Below are positions 63,087-64,000 of a stretch of 64,000 nucleotides of DNA, piece by piece. Where the stretch lies: NCBI GenBank assembly GCA_965222025.1, contig CBDCTI010000008.1:408531-472530 (forward strand). The letters run 5' to 3'. Each line of letters starts with the position of its first letter. Positions within the stretch are counted from its first letter, which is position 1. The translations under genes were made by a program, and so were the position numbers. The stretch is from Dehalococcoidia bacterium (GTDB lineage Bacteria; Chloroflexota; Dehalococcoidia; Lucifugimonadales; UBA3495). The notes under the pieces are model-generated. The model was not told the DNA's origin. It did no database searches and was given only the letters and a program-made list of their open reading frames with translations.

Positions 63087-63383
63087 TGGACACCTCCTCT
63101 CCCTGCGCGACGCCCGACTCCTTCCTTTGGAGCAACGCCGGCATTTGGACCGCCGCCCGACGCGGCCTGTTCCCTTCATCTCCTGTTAAAACCGGGGCTG
63201 GTGCCCTCCGCCAGTGCACGAGCCGGCAGTGAGCGGACGGGACTTTATCCTCGGTTGTTATGAACTACTACGCCCACGTTTGAATAATGGATTCTTATTT
63301 GGTATGAGACATTAGAGTTGACACGATTCGTATCAGACGCTATCATACATACTAACACAGGTCAATGATTTGGGAGCAGCAGT

Positions 63384-63896
63384 ATGACCCAGCAACGGCG
63401 AATCCAGACCCGGCAGCAAAACGATCCAGGTGCCTTACCGGGACAGGAAATGCCGTCGCGACCGACCACTACCTCTCTGACCGAGCCCGGCACTTCGGGT
63501 GCGCCGGAGCCACAGGCCGCAAGCGCAGTCGATGAGGGCGATGCCGTCATTGCCATGGAAGGCGTTTACATCATCAGCGTTGCTGCCCGGATACTGGACA
63601 TGCATCCGCAGACGCTCAGAAAGTACGAGCGGTTGGGGCTTATCCGGCCCGGTAGAACTCTGGGAATGCTGCGTCTATACTCGACGGAAGACATTCGAAA
63701 GCTCCGGCTGATCCGCCACCTTTCCGACGAAATGGGTCTGAACCTCGCGGGCGTTGAGTTCGTCCTGGCAACCGTCCAGAACCTGCTCACCATGAAGCAG
63801 CGCCTCACGGCGCGGTTGGGCCCCGAAGCCGGTGAGGCGGTCGCCGAAGAACTGGACCTGCTGTTCCAGAGCCTTAACCTTCCGGTTGACCGGTGA
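63384..63896 (+). CDS. MerR-family regulator, HspR-like
   Basis: [35 protein letters not shown]. Confidence 0.85.
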   Translation: MTQQRRIQTRQQNDPGALPGQEMPSRPTTTSLTEPGTSGAPEPQAASAVDEGDAVIAMEGVYIISVAARILDMHPQTLRKYERLGLIRPGRTLGMLRLYSTEDIRKLRLIRHLSDEMGLNLAGVEFVLATVQNLLTMKQRLTARLGPEAGEAVAEELDLLFQSLNLPVDR

Positions 63897-64000
63897 AACG
63901 CATCCTGGCACGACCAGGAAACTCTCTCAGGAAATACTGATGCCTGACGAACAGAACCAGGAACCCATGGAAGATAGGGAAGAAAGCTGCCGGGACGCAA

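Noticed and set aside
63290-63383. HAIR operator upstream of the HspR-like gene
   Set aside because: no convincing CTTGAGT-N7-ACTCAAG match

Overview
High-GC bacterial chromosome segment. The gene content (LLM/F420 oxidoreductase, SelD, HspR-like MerR, ankyrin and Ig-like surface proteins) suggests a Chloroflexota/SAR202-like, possibly host-associated organism; this is inference only. The left ~41 kb is an IS-riddled accessory region. It holds (i) two inverted, diverged copies of a ~750-bp module made of a covarying structured RNA candidate plus a 105-aa Cys/His protein, (ii) a lipoprotein gene broken by three different IS, (iii) a coupled five-gene operon with two DUF2791/BrxD-like ATPases and an SNF2 helicase, (iv) a CapH/CapP-like-regulated CBASS (patatin, CD-NTase, E2-like/SEC-C) that faces a hicA gene whose HicB antitoxin is fused in frame to a second CD-NTase with intact catalytic motifs (best novel-system candidate), and (v) an integrase-AlpA-rep module. 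The right ~23 kb is core metabolism interrupted by low-GC defence-like cassettes (Septu-like ATPase+HNH knocked out by IS, Zn/HEPN-like protein, OLD-like nuclease), REP-like repeat arrays and a selenocysteine-type selD. All family calls come from motif recognition by eye, not database searches.
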